From the IMG/VR virus record IMGVR_UViG_3300027969_000047: DNA of 64,000 nt. One strand, 5' to 3'. Positions within the stretch are counted from its first letter, which is position 1. Each line of letters starts with the position of its first letter. The position numbers and the translations under genes are program-made. The notes below the pieces were generated by a model. That model saw only the letters and a list, made by a program, of their open reading frames with translations. It did not search any database and was not told where the DNA came from. This DNA is from a virus. Shown piece after piece: positions 20,001 through 31,583 of this stretch.

Positions 20001-23000
20001 TTGTTTCAGAATAGTTGATTGACACTAACAAACCATTACGCTTGTAGTTGCTACTATTTGTTTCGTAGATATCTAATTGAGTATTATCAATTGAGAATGG
20101 TGGGCGAAGTTCTTGTTGTTGAGAATCGATTGATGCTTTGTAATCAACATTCAAAACATCACCAATGTTATGTCCTGTGAATGGGTCAACAAGAATACCA
20201 TTCTTGAAACGAGCCAATCCAGTTTCATCGTCAGTGATTTGTGTTTCTTTAGCCGCTTTTTCAAGCAAGTTTAACGAAGTGTAATATTCAAGATTACTAA
20301 TTCTCTTTTCAAGCAAACCAATATCACGCATTGTGTAGCGGCGATTGTCGATAAACTTAACACGAACATTTTTAATGTTAGCAGTGTATGCAGGCAATGT
20401 AATTGTATACAATGTCATTGCATTTTCTTTATCTGCTGGCGCTGTTGGTGTCAACGAAGGTGTGCCACGAAGAACTTCAAATGTTCTATCTTTGGTAGCA
20501 ATAACCTTATCGATTCTTGGCAAATAATATGAGAAGTCGGTTTCTAAATCTGTACCAGATTGTCCAAGAATAATCTCATCATATTGTCCAGTTGTATCGC
20601 CATTCTTACGGCGAGGTCTGAAGTCAATAGAATCAGACAATGCATAACTCAGTCCTGTCTGAGGTGAAGTATACATTGGAACTTCTGAGTAAGTCAACCC
20701 AGCATCGATATAAGAATCAACAGTCAAATAACCTGAACCAGTGTGACCATAGTAATTCAAATATACAACGGTATTACCTGTAGGTCCAGTTTTATTTGAT
20801 TTCAATGTGATTGTTGCATGGTCATAAGCATTATCTCTTTGACCAGAATCAAAATTGTAGTTGGATGTCAAGTCAGTTGCAAATGATAAGTTAGCTTGTG
20901 ATGCAACATTCGAACCAAAGTCTTTAACAGCGGCTAACGAAATACCATCAGCAACATATAAAACTTGTGGGCTGTTTGGTGTTCTTAGTGCGGTTGTTGC
21001 TGTATTTGCAAAAACAAGTTGAGCACCATTAGCACCAGATGTTTGTGATGCTGTTAGAGTTATGCCAGTTGCAGGTGAAGTTGAAGAACTTGTGGTATCA
21101 TACAATGAAGTATTAGCTAACAGTTTTTGTTTTGATTTACGAAGACTTCCCAATGAATGAGAATATGGTAAACGAACTTTTGTGTAAACTCTAGCGGATG
21201 CATTATTTGCACCATTGACAGTGATTGTATAAGTTGATGTATTGCCAGCAGTAGTCACTGTTACAGAATTGGCACTACTCATTAAATTGATAACTGTACC
21301 ATTAGCATATGTTGTGCCAGCACCAGTTAGAGTAATGAATAAATTATCAATAGCATCAGAAGTTGCTAATGGGCTTCCTGTGACTGCTGAACGAATACCG
21401 GCGGCAGTTGTGAATGATAGGATGCCAGTTGAACCAAATGTACCAGCATACACTTTGCGCCCATAGTATTCGCTGTTTGTGATTGGTAAAGCACCAGATG
21501 CTGTAGCATCAGCAATCGCCGCTTGTGGGAATTGGAATATTAACTGATTGAAGTTTGTTTCTGAAATGAATGCACCACGATATGCATCAACAAGAACATT
21601 GTTCTTATTTGCAGAGTTGACATCCATTCTTGTGGTAACTGTTGCACCAGAATTGATGATGAATGATTCTGCATCTTTGAATTCATAGTCAAGCGAGAAT
21701 TGTGTCGCTGGATTTGGAAGACCAAATACAAAGTTTGGAGAAACTGTTGCTAATTTTGTAACACCATTATAATTTGTAATAGTAACAATTTCATTTACAT
21801 TAGCGCCAATATCTTTTACGATACGAAGTTTTACACCATCATATGCATTATTTTGAACTGCGGCATTTGAATCAAGTACGATTGTATTTGCCGAACCTGA
21901 TTGTGCATTAGCACTTCTGAAAGAAACATTCGCATCAAAAACATATCCACGGAATACGCCAGTCTTAATGCTTGTTGTGTTTGCACCAGACTGATAATCT
22001 AATGCACGAAATCTAATTGTACCAATGTTTGTAGCACTTAAAGTAGTGGTGCTTGTGGTGTTTAGATTAGCAGTGTCTGAACAATGAATAGCCAATGGCT
22101 CAAATGTCTCTAATGGAATTGGTCCAGAAATATTTGATACATCAACATAGTTTTGATAGCTGATTGTAACACCATAGTTTGTTACATTGGCAACTTCACG
22201 AGCCTTTTCAGAAAGAAGAACTGTAGGTCCTTTTGTCTCAAACTCATAACCGAGAATGTATGCTTTACCAGACTCAAGCACAATGTTATATGCATTGGCA
22301 TAAGTGGCGTTATCATTCAATGAAATTTGAAACGGGCGAACTGAATAATTACCAGACTCATCATGTGTTCTACGAGCAAGAGTCTTTTCAATCTCAGCAT
22401 ATGTTGGATACTGAATTGATTTTGTCAACTCACCATCTTTAACACGAAGCAATTCGATGAAACTTGTGTCATCGGTACTTGTCAGAGACCTCTTAGCTAA
22501 AGTGAGCGTAATTTTAAAACGAGTAGAGCCTGGTGCTTGATAGTTGGATGCATCTTGTGCAGGGTCAAGCAATGAAGTGTCGTTACTTTCATTGATAATT
22601 TCTTCAGTGATTTGAAGACCTACCTTGTAAGAAGGTAGTGCATTGTATCTTTCAAGAATGATTGACTGTGAACCAACTCTCGCAAAATAACCATTGACAA
22701 AGAAGACACCATCATTGATGCTACAAACAGATGCAGAACCTGTTGGGTCCACGCCAAAAACTGTTGCGAAAAAAATCTCATCTTCAGTCTCAAGATTTTC
22801 ATTGGCAATGAAAATATCACCAGATGTATATTTTACAACGAGAGTTGGTTGATTGCCATCTTCACCAGCATCAACGGCAATAACATATGCACGAGTTCCA
22901 CGACCAGTGGAATCTTGAATCCATTTACCATCGAAGTTTGCTACATCAATAGCATTGCTATTAAAAGTGTTATTGACTCTAATAAAACCGACACGCTCAA

Positions 23001-23208
23001 CTTCAAGTGTGGTTTGTCCACCAACAACAAGAGAACCATTTTTAAACACATGCTGACCAAAACGGTCAACTTGTTTTTGAAGGGCTGTCTGTAATTGTGT
23101 TAATTCACGAGCCTGAACGGCATAGCCAGGACGGAACAAAAGTTTGTAGAAATCTTTCGTTTCATCGAAATCATCATAATAAGGGTTTTGTGAAATATCA
23201 ATAGCCAT
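17047..23208 (-). CDS. Large virion structural protein, VrlC/DUF4815-like
   Basis: PYYDDFD...[17 protein letters not shown]; YLPRIDK; [22 protein letters not shown]; DPLAQTF. Confidence 0.85.
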   Translation of the reverse strand: MAIDISQNPYYDDFDETKDFYKLLFRPGYAVQARELTQLQTALQKQVDRFGQHVFKNGSLVVGGQTTLEVERVGFIRVNNTFNSNAIDVANFDGKWIQDSTGRGTRAYVIAVDAGEDGNQPTLVVKYTSGDIFIANENLETEDEIFFATVFGVDPTGSASVCSINDGVFFVNGYFARVGSQSIILERYNALPSYKVGLQITEEIINESNDTSLLDPAQDASNYQAPGSTRFKITLTLAKRSLTSTDDTSFIELLRVKDGELTKSIQYPTYAEIEKTLARRTHDESGNYSVRPFQISLNDNATYANAYNIVLESGKAYILGYEFETKGPTVLLSEKAREVANVTNYGVTISYQNYVDVSNISGPIPLETFEPLAIHCSDTANLNTTSTTTLSATNIGTIRFRALDYQSGANTTSIKTGVFRGYVFDANVSFRSANAQSGSANTIVLDSNAAVQNNAYDGVKLRIVKDIGANVNEIVTITNYNGVTKLATVSPNFVFGLPNPATQFSLDYEFKDAESFIINSGATVTTRMDVNSANKNNVLVDAYRGAFISETNFNQLIFQFPQAAIADATASGALPITNSEYYGRKVYAGTFGSTGILSFTTAAGIRSAVTGSPLATSDAIDNLFITLTGAGTTYANGTVINLMSSANSVTVTTAGNTSTYTITVNGANNASARVYTKVRLPYSHSLGSLRKSKQKLLANTSLYDTTSSSTSPATGITLTASQTSGANGAQLVFANTATTALRTPNSPQVLYVADGISLAAVKDFGSNVASQANLSFATDLTSNYNFDSGQRDNAYDHATITLKSNKTGPTGNTVVYLNYYGHTGSGYLTVDSYIDAGLTYSEVPMYTSPQTGLSYALSDSIDFRPRRKNGDTTGQYDEIILGQSGTDLETDFSYYLPRIDKVIATKDRTFEVLRGTPSLTPTAPADKENAMTLYTITLPAYTANIKNVRVKFIDNRRYTMRDIGLLEKRISNLEYYTSLNLLEKAAKETQITDDETGLARFKNGILVDPFTGHNIGDVLNVDYKASIDSQQQELRPPFSIDNTQLDIYETNSSNYKRNGLLVSINYSETTLIDQPYSSKAVNVNPFNAVSFIGSISLDPSSDNWVDTDQKPDVLVNLEGDNDAWAALAQTVEKSAPETFGAHWNSWQTLSTSLTNQRDETVVPADRGWLGPLGHYVPVYEDIVKRTVADVTSKQSRTGINTQFSTDTITKNIGNRVIDVSIIPYIRSRGIVFIGKGFKPNTSLYGFFDGEAVQTYLNKTNKIIVSSNTAAYIDTYQNGEAVRIYEPATSKNLASAIVVLNRNEATVTNVSVVNLSTGDDANVGNVRVVTSNATFLIGATSGANTRISGFVHYSGQANAATSSTISLDFHVLNSNTTSNTSVANTNYVGKSIYVTSGTGLGQERTISSYNVTSRVATVSSNWTTTPDTTSTYSIGTIDSDRRGEVAGVFIIPSNTDTRFRTGERVFRLTDTSSGALASSSTNGDATYYAQGLLQTTESTIVSTRVPVIKRTDLQDDRTIVTSSAVLREQVVGRKQVGYWDPLAQTFFIDQRQYGNGVQITSVRLLFKTKDPDIPVQVQIRPVVNGYPHSSQILPYADISVNPDTIKEVSEETMRARYSDPALTQPLDDTALYTTVNFEGPVTLQPGTEYAIVLIANSIKYQVYVSEVGQKLVGTDRIISTQPYLGSFFKSQNSSTWTAIQEEDLMFRIMRAEYDPVTANVEFRLDSMDLPTSNISVDSFYITSQNLILPNTSIGTYYASTMSSTGERQNMRSFNIEENVFFDDTLGRRVLTTDPNSFKVRLLLASDNTQISPLVDVERLSVLAIENYVDDLSLANSDIIITNPGFGYTTNSNVSISITGGGGSGANAYATFSGGKVSAIVVDAGGSGYTTTPTVTITGGNPSATPATAVSSGEDQASGGPARARYITRKVTLADGLDAGDFRLSFTAYKPASANIHVYYKILSADDTDIFDSKNYQLMTLISGTNSKSITASDLKEFTYAPGTAGTPDNRVSYGNGFTSFKYFAIKIVMTSTDTTSTKVPRIKDLRVIAIPSLS

Positions 23209-23215
23209 GTTTTAC

Positions 23216-24538
23216 CTAGAATTTAACAACGAATTTAATGTTTTCTGCTTGATTGCTTGCACGAGATACGGGTGTTCTATTTTCGACATAAATCAAATCT
23301 CCTGTCATCGGTTCAAGTTCTGGTTGCGTTACATTAACAACAGTCCTTGACACGGTAGAAGTATTTCCTTTTAAATTTACACCGACTTGAATCGTTCCTC
23401 TAACTTCATTTAACTTAACCAAACTTGCTGAGTTATCAACAACATATCCACTAAAAGTGCTATTTGCCGAATCAGTTCCCTGATACACTAACTCATCAAT
23501 TGTGAAATCTGTACCTGATGTAATCACAATATCTGTCGTTAATGAAACGGCAGAGTTTGCATTTGCGGAACTAATCTCAGTATTCTGTCCATATTTATGA
23601 GGTCCAACAAGCAAAGATACTTGTCTAAAATCATTATTTATAGTTATTTTACCACCTTCAGTAGCATCTCCGCTACCAACTTTGACGGCAATCATCACAG
23701 TATTTGCGCCCAATTCTCTTGCTGGATTGAACGCATGTCCACCATATGCTGAAATGATTGGTCGAACATTAGCGCCAGTGCCAGAACCAACAACAGTGAT
23801 TGTGCAATTTTGACGAGTGTAATCTGTGCCACGAACAATATTATTAAAACCAACAAGAACACCATTGGCAATATTTGCAGTCACATTAGCGCCGGCGCCA
23901 TTACCTGTAATTTTAATTGAGGTGTTTGTGTTTCCATAACCAGAACCACCAGATTCAATTTTGAGTCTTGTGATTGCACCTTCTACAATGTTGTTTGAAC
24001 TTCCACTGTATGAATTAAATTGTGCTGTTGGAACTGGAATAAAATCATCAGTGATAAATTTATTTGATGGTGGAATAGCATACATGTATTTCCACACATA
24101 TCCATCAGCAGTCTCAATGAATCCGTTACTGATTGTATAGTCACCAGTGGGTTCAACTGTTGATAAACCACCGTTTCTATTATCAAGGCAACGATAAACT
24201 GCGCCAGTAGAAGTGTACACATAGTTTCCGTTTGCCGATGAATACATTCCATCAGAACGGTCATCGTATGGTGTATACACAGAATTTGCTGTCCAATCAA
24301 ATCTTGGAATTACAAGATATACATCATTACCGGTTACTTTCTTACCACCAATCATTGCACCATAAACATCATAAACAATATTGTCGGTGTCTACGATAGC
24401 AGGTGGTGTGTCATCGGCATCCCAAGAAACACTTTTTCCTAGAACAACATAACCCACAGTAGCGGCTGGCTCAGAGAAGCCTTCAGCAAACTGAACCGCA
24501 TCATTATATCCTAATCTTCTTGTAGAGAGTGTAGTCAT
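23216..24538 (-). CDS. gp8: Baseplate wedge subunit gp8-like
   Basis: VIPR.DW...VYRCLDN...DGYVWKYMY; GDLIYVENR.P..R...Q.E.IK. Confidence 0.8.
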   Translation of the reverse strand: MTTLSTRRLGYNDAVQFAEGFSEPAATVGYVVLGKSVSWDADDTPPAIVDTDNIVYDVYGAMIGGKKVTGNDVYLVIPRFDWTANSVYTPYDDRSDGMYSSANGNYVYTSTGAVYRCLDNRNGGLSTVEPTGDYTISNGFIETADGYVWKYMYAIPPSNKFITDDFIPVPTAQFNSYSGSSNNIVEGAITRLKIESGGSGYGNTNTSIKITGNGAGANVTANIANGVLVGFNNIVRGTDYTRQNCTITVVGSGTGANVRPIISAYGGHAFNPARELGANTVMIAVKVGSGDATEGGKITINNDFRQVSLLVGPHKYGQNTEISSANANSAVSLTTDIVITSGTDFTIDELVYQGTDSANSTFSGYVVDNSASLVKLNEVRGTIQVGVNLKGNTSTVSRTVVNVTQPELEPMTGDLIYVENRTPVSRASNQAENIKFVVKF

Positions 24539-24557
24539 ATCTTTTATTTATGCGTCA

Positions 24558-26504
24558 TTACCAAGCATCAGTAGAAGCAATTCTGCTCCAAATATTTGTC
24601 GTTCCATCATAGTTTGTAGAGCAATAATAGATAAAGTTATTTGCAAGAAATACCATTCCTTTAGTGTGACCAGATATACCTTTATTTGTAGAAGGCACTG
24701 TACCAATATGTGTTAATGTGTTTGCGGTAAACGAAATTGCAGTATTGGTGATTGAACTTACACGACCATTTGCGGCTAATGTGATAACTGGAACTATAGT
24801 TGCATTACCATAAACTCCAGCAGTAGTTGTAATACTTGTAGTGTCGGTATTAGCTGTATTAAATGCGGCATTGGCTTGAGCAAAAGCAGCCAATGCAGTA
24901 TTAGCACCGGTGTCATAACTTAACTGTGCAATCGTTAAAGCAGTATTGGCAGTATCGAATGCACTGTTTGCTTTATCGAATGCGGCATTGGCTTGAGCAT
25001 ATGAACCATTGCTTGTATTTGCTAAATTGAAAACAGACTGTGCAGTAATTAAGGCAGAATTTGCTAATGCATATGATGAACTTGCAAGTGTGTTTGCATT
25101 ATTTGCTAATGTGTATGCGGTGTTTGAATTAGCATATGCTGAATCAACTTTCACATTAATTGTATTGGCCCACGAATAAGCAGAATCAACTTTTACATTG
25201 ATTGTATTCGCCCATGCGTATGAACTTGTTGCAATTGCATTGGCAAGATTTGCTAGGGTGTATGCAGTGCCTGCAAATGTGTTTGCAGAAAGAGCATTTG
25301 TATTTGCGGCAAGTGCATTTGCATTTGCAGTAGCCGCCGCAGTTACAGCACCACCAGCAGTGATGATAGAATTATTTGCCGCAGTGTATGCTGAGTTTGC
25401 ACGAGAGTATGCGGCATTGGCTCTATCGAATGATGCTTGAACAGCAGTAGAGTTTGCAGTTACGGCTACACTATTTGCAAAATTAAATGCGGCATTGGCA
25501 TGTGCAAAAGAATTCTTTACTGAATTTGCCGTAGCGGCATTTGAAGTGCTTGTCGAGATTGTGCTATCTTCAAGTTGAACAATACCAGGAACTGAAGTTG
25601 TTGAAAGTTGAATGGTAGTGTTAGTGATTGAACTTACACGACCTTTTGTTGTTGTGGTAATAACTGGAATGCTTATCGCATTACCGTATGTTCCTGGAGT
25701 GCCAACATCAATCAGACCAATATCAATTGTATCGGTTGTTGCATTTGCAGAAATGAAAATACCATTCGATGCATTTGCCGTAATTGTCAAGGTGTCCGAA
25801 TTGCTTGCCGCAACAATATTTGTGCCGTTAGCGGCAATTGTAACGAATGTATTTTGTGCTACTGAGTTTGCTTTATCGAATGCGGCTTGACTGGTCACAT
25901 TGGCAGTAGTAGCCAATGTGTTTGCGGCATTCGCTTGTGCATATGCCGCATTGGCTTGAGGTCTAGCAAATGTGTCTGTTGTTCCAGATGAGAGAGTGTT
26001 CGCAAAGTTATATGCATTCTGTGCTAGAGTAGTTCCAGAGTTGGCTTGTGTATATGCGGCCGCCGCTACAGTGTTTGCGAGAAGTGCTAATGTATATGCA
26101 GAATTGGCCGTACTGAATGCGCCGTTGGCATAAGTTGTATTAGCAAAACCTGTGATTGCAGTATTGACGATTGAACTCACACGACCATTAGCAGAAAGGG
26201 TGACAACTGGAATATAAAATGCATTACCATAAACTCCAGCAGTGGTAGAGATTGTGGTGTAATCTATATTGGCTTGATTGTATGCATTCTGCGCTAAAGT
26301 ATTTGCTGAATTGGCTTTTGCAAAAGCGGCATCACCGGTACTCTGTGCATTTGCAGATGCGTTACCGATGGCCGTGTCAAGAGCCGCAAGTGTGAACTGT
26401 TTTGTAGTACCAGATATTTTATCGTAAACAACAAATACCGTATTTTGAGTATTTGCTGATGCGGTTGATAATACCGGTAATTCTATAATTGTTTTACTAG
26501 CCAT
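24558..26504 (-). CDS. Ala/Asn-rich repetitive tail fibre protein
   Basis: Many A(F/Y)..AN repeats, three G(V/T)YGNA..(I/V)PV.T....GRVSSI repeats, GIVQLEDST...AATANSVK fibre repeat. Confidence 0.7.
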   Translation of the reverse strand: MASKTIIELPVLSTASANTQNTVFVVYDKISGTTKQFTLAALDTAIGNASANAQSTGDAAFAKANSANTLAQNAYNQANIDYTTISTTAGVYGNAFYIPVVTLSANGRVSSIVNTAITGFANTTYANGAFSTANSAYTLALLANTVAAAAYTQANSGTTLAQNAYNFANTLSSGTTDTFARPQANAAYAQANAANTLATTANVTSQAAFDKANSVAQNTFVTIAANGTNIVAASNSDTLTITANASNGIFISANATTDTIDIGLIDVGTPGTYGNAISIPVITTTTKGRVSSITNTTIQLSTTSVPGIVQLEDSTISTSTSNAATANSVKNSFAHANAAFNFANSVAVTANSTAVQASFDRANAAYSRANSAYTAANNSIITAGGAVTAAATANANALAANTNALSANTFAGTAYTLANLANAIATSSYAWANTINVKVDSAYSWANTINVKVDSAYANSNTAYTLANNANTLASSSYALANSALITAQSVFNLANTSNGSYAQANAAFDKANSAFDTANTALTIAQLSYDTGANTALAAFAQANAAFNTANTDTTSITTTAGVYGNATIVPVITLAANGRVSSITNTAISFTANTLTHIGTVPSTNKGISGHTKGMVFLANNFIYYCSTNYDGTTNIWSRIASTDAW

Positions 26505-26512
26505 GTTTTACC

Positions 26513-29143
26513 CTAGTTGAAAAGTAGTGTCTCTTCATTTTCTGTTTGTAAATATTCCAAATTCTCTGTCTGAATTGCCTCAACAACCGTCACGATTGTA
26601 ACGATGATGTTTCCGTTCGAAGTATATGTGAACGGAGAAGTTACTGTCAATGATGTATTACTTATAATGTTATTAACTGTTCGTATTTCATTATTTACAA
26701 GAACAGAACATCCAATAGTAATTGTACCATTTGTATTTGCCACATTGAACAATGTACCTGTACCAGTGACTACAATACTTGCATTGGCAACATTGACTGT
26801 ACCAGTAAGAGTCGTTTCACGAGAAACTTGTCCAGTTCTAGCAGAAGTTGCTCTCTGTGGAGTGACTGTTTTCTGAATCATGTATTCAGCAAACATTCTA
26901 GTTCCCGAAGGATGAATCAAATCTTTTAGAACTTGACTGTATTTATTGAAGTCGGTTTGAGACTGAATCACATATGAATAATTTTGATAGTAGTCTCTAT
27001 CTTGAATTCTTCTGTCTGAACTCAACAAACCATCAGTTGTTATGAACTTACCTTCATAGGTAAACTGAGAACTTAACAATGTTGCCACAGCATTTGCTAA
27101 ACCATTACCCAGTCCTGTTAAATTGATAGTTGGTACAGTTTCATATTGTGAACCTGGATTTGTCAAAAGAATAGACCTGATTTGTCCTGGATCAAATTCA
27201 GCATCTGCTAATAGTGATTCACCATCACCATATATTGCTTCAGAAATAAGAATTGCATTATTTCCTGTAGCAGAAGTTACTGTGATTGTTGGTAGTAAAT
27301 CTTGTGCATATAATTCACCACCAATATATGTTCTATCATAAATGCCAATTGATGCATTTGTTGTAGTAGTTGTCCATTGAACATTTACATTGGCACTTGT
27401 TGCACTTGAAATTGCATTGATGAATCTGGTCTGATTACTGATTTCAATCTTATCACCAATACGCAATTCAGTATTAAAAGCAGTACCAGTACCAACAATT
27501 GTAACACCACTCGCAGTCACATTAGCACGACCAAGTAATCTTGATGGTGCAAATTGAATTGTTTTGATTCCGTTGTTTGAAGAATGTAGTCCAGACACTC
27601 TAGCATATGCACCCCAACCACTGCCACCAGAAGGAGTTTGAAAGTTTAACTCATCACCGACTGTATAATTTGAGCCGCCATTTGCTACATTGATTTTACC
27701 AAGAATGCCTAATGTAACAATGCTTGTATTGCCTGTGGCTGAGCCGCCGCTTGTATTTGATGATGAGAATGCAACAGTTGGTCCAACTGCATTTAATGTT
27801 GGTAATGATGAGAACTCAAATGTGCTTGATAATATAACGACATTGCTGATTGGACCTAAACCAGTAACACTAGCATATGACAATGCATCTACAATTCTTG
27901 TTGCAGAATTTTCGCCGGTTGGTATAACTGTAGCAGGAAAACCATAATCAGATATTGATATTGTTTTGCCTTCATATAGAGAAATGATATCTGAGTTAAC
28001 ATTGATTGTATTTGGATGAATACTGCCTGTAGAATTTACAGTACCAATAGCCATCGTTAATCCGGTGTTTGGTGTAGTTGTGATGACAACATCACCACCA
28101 GATTTAAAACCAGCACCACCAGAAACAACAAGTATTCTAGAAATTAATGCACTGTATACTTCATTGATAATAGCAGATGCTGGCGCTTCAGGACTACCAC
28201 CAACAATCGGAACAACATCGCCAACATTATAACTTGCACCACCAGAGACAATATTAATCTCTTTCAAAACAGAGAGAGACTTGAAGTATAAAGTTAGATA
28301 GTTGGAACCTTCATAAAAATATTTACCAGTAATAATTTCGCCTTGAATAAACGGAACTTCTTTACTGACATTTGAAACGAAGATTTCATTTACATTCAAT
28401 AGACCAACAATAATTTCTTCTGCATTTTCAGACAATGCAGTAGCGCCAGATGTTTCACCAGTGAAAGAGAGAACTACTTGAGTGCCATCTGTTTTGCTAA
28501 CTTTATTGATTATGTCAGACGATACAAAATTAAATTTAATTGTTGCACCGTTTGCTGGCGCTACATCAAATGTGATGATTGGATCATTTGGTGATATGTT
28601 AAATCCTGTTGTTTGCAGAACCCCATTAACATAGACTTCAAGATTTGTTGTGCTTGCGATTTCAAACAACCTAAAAACTCTTGTAGTTCCATTGCCTGTT
28701 GCAAGATGATAAAAATCAGGTAAGAAACGAATAGATTGTCTCTTAATCCATTTACCTGACGATAGTCTTAGAATGTTATCTTTAGGATAGAAGATTTCAA
28801 TCTCTTCACCATACAATGCTCTGAATAGAAAACGATATGCTTTCTCTGTACCTTTGGCACGCCAAAAGTCTCTAATGTGTTTAACAAGAAATGCTTTGTT
28901 GGCAAGTGTTTCAGCAGGAATTGAATTTAAGAACTTGCGGCGAAAGTATTCTTCGAAATCAGTAAGAGTATTATCTACATCGAAATAATTTAAAAGATTT
29001 CTACCAAAATCTGTTGATTTGTTTGTTTGCTCTAGGTACTCATAATATGCCTCAACAAAGGCAACAAAAGTATCATAGTCTGCCCGAATAAATTCGGGCA
29101 GTTGTTCACGAACAACAGTGGATAACTTATTAGTTATTGACAT
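26513..29143 (-). CDS. Baseplate wedge initiator gp7-like
   Basis: QLPEFIRADY..FV.F.EAYYEYLE; KGTEKAY.FLFR.LY; IQDRDYYQNYSYVI; HPSG. Confidence 0.75.
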   Translation of the reverse strand: MSITNKLSTVVREQLPEFIRADYDTFVAFVEAYYEYLEQTNKSTDFGRNLLNYFDVDNTLTDFEEYFRRKFLNSIPAETLANKAFLVKHIRDFWRAKGTEKAYRFLFRALYGEEIEIFYPKDNILRLSSGKWIKRQSIRFLPDFYHLATGNGTTRVFRLFEIASTTNLEVYVNGVLQTTGFNISPNDPIITFDVAPANGATIKFNFVSSDIINKVSKTDGTQVVLSFTGETSGATALSENAEEIIVGLLNVNEIFVSNVSKEVPFIQGEIITGKYFYEGSNYLTLYFKSLSVLKEINIVSGGASYNVGDVVPIVGGSPEAPASAIINEVYSALISRILVVSGGAGFKSGGDVVITTTPNTGLTMAIGTVNSTGSIHPNTINVNSDIISLYEGKTISISDYGFPATVIPTGENSATRIVDALSYASVTGLGPISNVVILSSTFEFSSLPTLNAVGPTVAFSSSNTSGGSATGNTSIVTLGILGKINVANGGSNYTVGDELNFQTPSGGSGWGAYARVSGLHSSNNGIKTIQFAPSRLLGRANVTASGVTIVGTGTAFNTELRIGDKIEISNQTRFINAISSATSANVNVQWTTTTTNASIGIYDRTYIGGELYAQDLLPTITVTSATGNNAILISEAIYGDGESLLADAEFDPGQIRSILLTNPGSQYETVPTINLTGLGNGLANAVATLLSSQFTYEGKFITTDGLLSSDRRIQDRDYYQNYSYVIQSQTDFNKYSQVLKDLIHPSGTRMFAEYMIQKTVTPQRATSARTGQVSRETTLTGTVNVANASIVVTGTGTLFNVANTNGTITIGCSVLVNNEIRTVNNIISNTSLTVTSPFTYTSNGNIIVTIVTVVEAIQTENLEYLQTENEETLLFN

Positions 29144-31187
29144 TTCTTAGTCTAGGAGTTACAACAACAGAATCTGTACCATCAGCATCAATTAAAAGAA
29201 TTTGATTTTTTCTTGAATCGATAATTTTATTTTCAGGTTCAATTGCAATACGAATTTGATTCAGAGTGGAATCTAATGCTTCAATTTTAAAATTGTTAAG
29301 AACTATCAAACCAGACACATAATTAATTGTTCCAGCTTCTGCATTGATAATAATCTTCTCAGCCAACTCATTGTAATAGAATGTTCTGAGTGTACCATAA
29401 CGAGCCGCAACAATTGCAGTTCCTTTAGCACCATAACCATCACCACCAGTAATTGTAACAACAGCACGAGTGTAACCAGTGCCACGAGTCAGCATAGTAA
29501 TTTTTGTTACTTTACCATTTACAATAGTTGCCTCAGCAGTTGCGCCAGAACCATCACCAGTAATAGTAACTGTTGGTGCTTCAAGATAACTATAACCCGA
29601 GTCGGTAATAACAACCTCATCAACACCAGTAAATGAATTTGGCGCTTCATCAAGATATGCAAGGCGATATGTACCAGATGCATCATTCACATAGAATGCA
29701 GTGGAGTCTAATGAATCATAAAGACCACCACCCCCACCACCACGATGTAATGGCATAGCAAAGTCGATGTAATAAGTTTTTAACGCATTTAGTTGTGGAG
29801 TAAATCTTTTCTCAACACGAGTTTTAATTTCGTTACCAACAATACCTGATGACACATTATCAATTAGACTTTGTAATTTTGATTGAACAAAAACTATACC
29901 AAATTGTTGTAGCGTTGTGTCGTTGTAGTCGAATACTGCATTTTGAACCAATGTTGCGATTTGATTTTGTGTCAATGTGGTGAGAGTCAAATCAACTTCA
30001 ACAGTAATATCAAATTTCAAGTAGATGTATTCAGGATCCACAATTTCTGGTGTGACCGTCACAAGGCATAGTGGTTTGATATATTCATCTATAATTCTAG
30101 CTTTTTCTGTATCATTAATTAGAACACCAGATTTTGGTTTGAATGAGATGTAAACTTTTCCATAAATTGGTGGTGTGTTTTCTTCTCCACCCCAAACAGA
30201 AACTGTATCAATTGCAGGATAGTTTTGTTTCAATAGAACTTCAAAATCAGAAGTTGTTACTGCACGATTTTGTGAACTGTAATAGTGTGGTGCATTAAAC
30301 TTAATTGATTGAATTGTTTCTCTTTCAGAACCACCAGCAGCCGCTGTATTTGCATTGATAACAATTTGATTGTAACCAGAAATGGAACCTGTGGTGAAAG
30401 AGTTTGCTTTGTTGGCCGCATCTGCACTTGAAGAGACATAAGAAATAATAACAATATTTCCATTTGAGAGATTACTACCAATAACACCATCACCAAACTT
30501 AATCTTATAGGTATCATCAAGACCACCTTCTAAGAAATAAACTTTTGATGTAGAATTGATTTCTGTAGCGTCTGTCGATATTGTATAAGTGTGTGAATCG
30601 GTATTTGTGGATGATGATTGAACTGCAACTAAAAGAGTTGAAGTGTCTACAGTAACATCACTGATTGTAAACTCTCTCTTTGGATTTGATGCTGAGTTAT
30701 ATGAAAAAGTCAATACCCTAGGAAAACCTTCTACAATTTCAATACCATTAATATTGAACACTCCACAATCACGAATTGTGGTATATGATTTTGTTGTAAC
30801 AAAGTTATAGTTTACACCATCGATTGATTCAGAGAAAAATTCTTGAAAACGAGGTATAGTTAGTGTACCAGCATTGTCTGTTGGAATGATACCAATATCA
30901 ATTGTTGCAATTGCTGAACGGCGTGATGTTGCAGTATATCCAATATGTTTCGCATGTGATATTACAGAATTTCTAACAACAGCACTATCCAAGAACATCT
31001 CATTGGCAACCATGTTCTGATAGTATGCATTATAGTGAGTGTTATATGCTAGAATGTCCAACAATACGGAAATACTCGAACCTTCAAAATCATAATCGGT
31101 AAATGCCGACTGATTGCGAAGATAGTTTTTTAAATTGTTTCTAATCGAAACAAAATCTAATTCGGTTATATTAAGTTTATCTGCCAT
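29130..31187 (-). CDS. gp6: Baseplate wedge subunit gp6
   Basis: ELDF..IR.NLK..L..Q..FTDYDFEGS...LAYNTHY; QNRAVT..DF; VWGGEEN.PP.YGKV. Confidence 0.9.
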   Translation of the reverse strand: MADKLNITELDFVSIRNNLKNYLRNQSAFTDYDFEGSSISVLLDILAYNTHYNAYYQNMVANEMFLDSAVVRNSVISHAKHIGYTATSRRSAIATIDIGIIPTDNAGTLTIPRFQEFFSESIDGVNYNFVTTKSYTTIRDCGVFNINGIEIVEGFPRVLTFSYNSASNPKREFTISDVTVDTSTLLVAVQSSSTNTDSHTYTISTDATEINSTSKVYFLEGGLDDTYKIKFGDGVIGSNLSNGNIVIISYVSSSADAANKANSFTTGSISGYNQIVINANTAAAGGSERETIQSIKFNAPHYYSSQNRAVTTSDFEVLLKQNYPAIDTVSVWGGEENTPPIYGKVYISFKPKSGVLINDTEKARIIDEYIKPLCLVTVTPEIVDPEYIYLKFDITVEVDLTLTTLTQNQIATLVQNAVFDYNDTTLQQFGIVFVQSKLQSLIDNVSSGIVGNEIKTRVEKRFTPQLNALKTYYIDFAMPLHRGGGGGGLYDSLDSTAFYVNDASGTYRLAYLDEAPNSFTGVDEVVITDSGYSYLEAPTVTITGDGSGATAEATIVNGKVTKITMLTRGTGYTRAVVTITGGDGYGAKGTAIVAARYGTLRTFYYNELAEKIIINAEAGTINYVSGLIVLNNFKIEALDSTLNQIRIAIEPENKIIDSRKNQILLIDADGTDSVVVTPRLRNVNN

Positions 31188-31574
31188 TTAGCGAATCCGT
31201 TCAAGCAGAAAATCTGCTACAATTGGGGTTGTTTTCATATCAATGAAAAATTCAATTCTAACATCATATGCATTACTATCCTCATTTGGAATAACATCAA
31301 CTTTTCTTACCTTAGCACGAGGTTCGAAGTTAGCGATAGTTTGTTCAATCATCTTTTGAAGGTCGGATGCTGTAAACATTGAAACAGGTTCAAACAACAA
31401 TCTTCTGACATTAGAACCTAATTCTGGATTAAAAGGTCTTTCATAGTGATTAGTCAGAATTAAATTTCTGATTGCAAATGCTATGGCATTCTCATCTTTT
31501 TTGGTCACCAAGTCTTTTTTAACTGGATGAATGCCAAAATTTAAGTCTAAATCCGAATAAGTGTATGTAGCCAT
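31188..31574 (-). CDS. gp25: Baseplate wedge subunit gp25
   Basis: YSDLDL.F..HP...I.NLILT...ERPF.P.LGS...LLFE; FEPR. Confidence 0.9.
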   Translation of the reverse strand: MATYTYSDLDLNFGIHPVKKDLVTKKDENAIAFAIRNLILTNHYERPFNPELGSNVRRLLFEPVSMFTASDLQKMIEQTIANFEPRAKVRKVDVIPNEDSNAYDVRIEFFIDMKTTPIVADFLLERIR

Positions 31575-31583
31575 AGATAGTAT

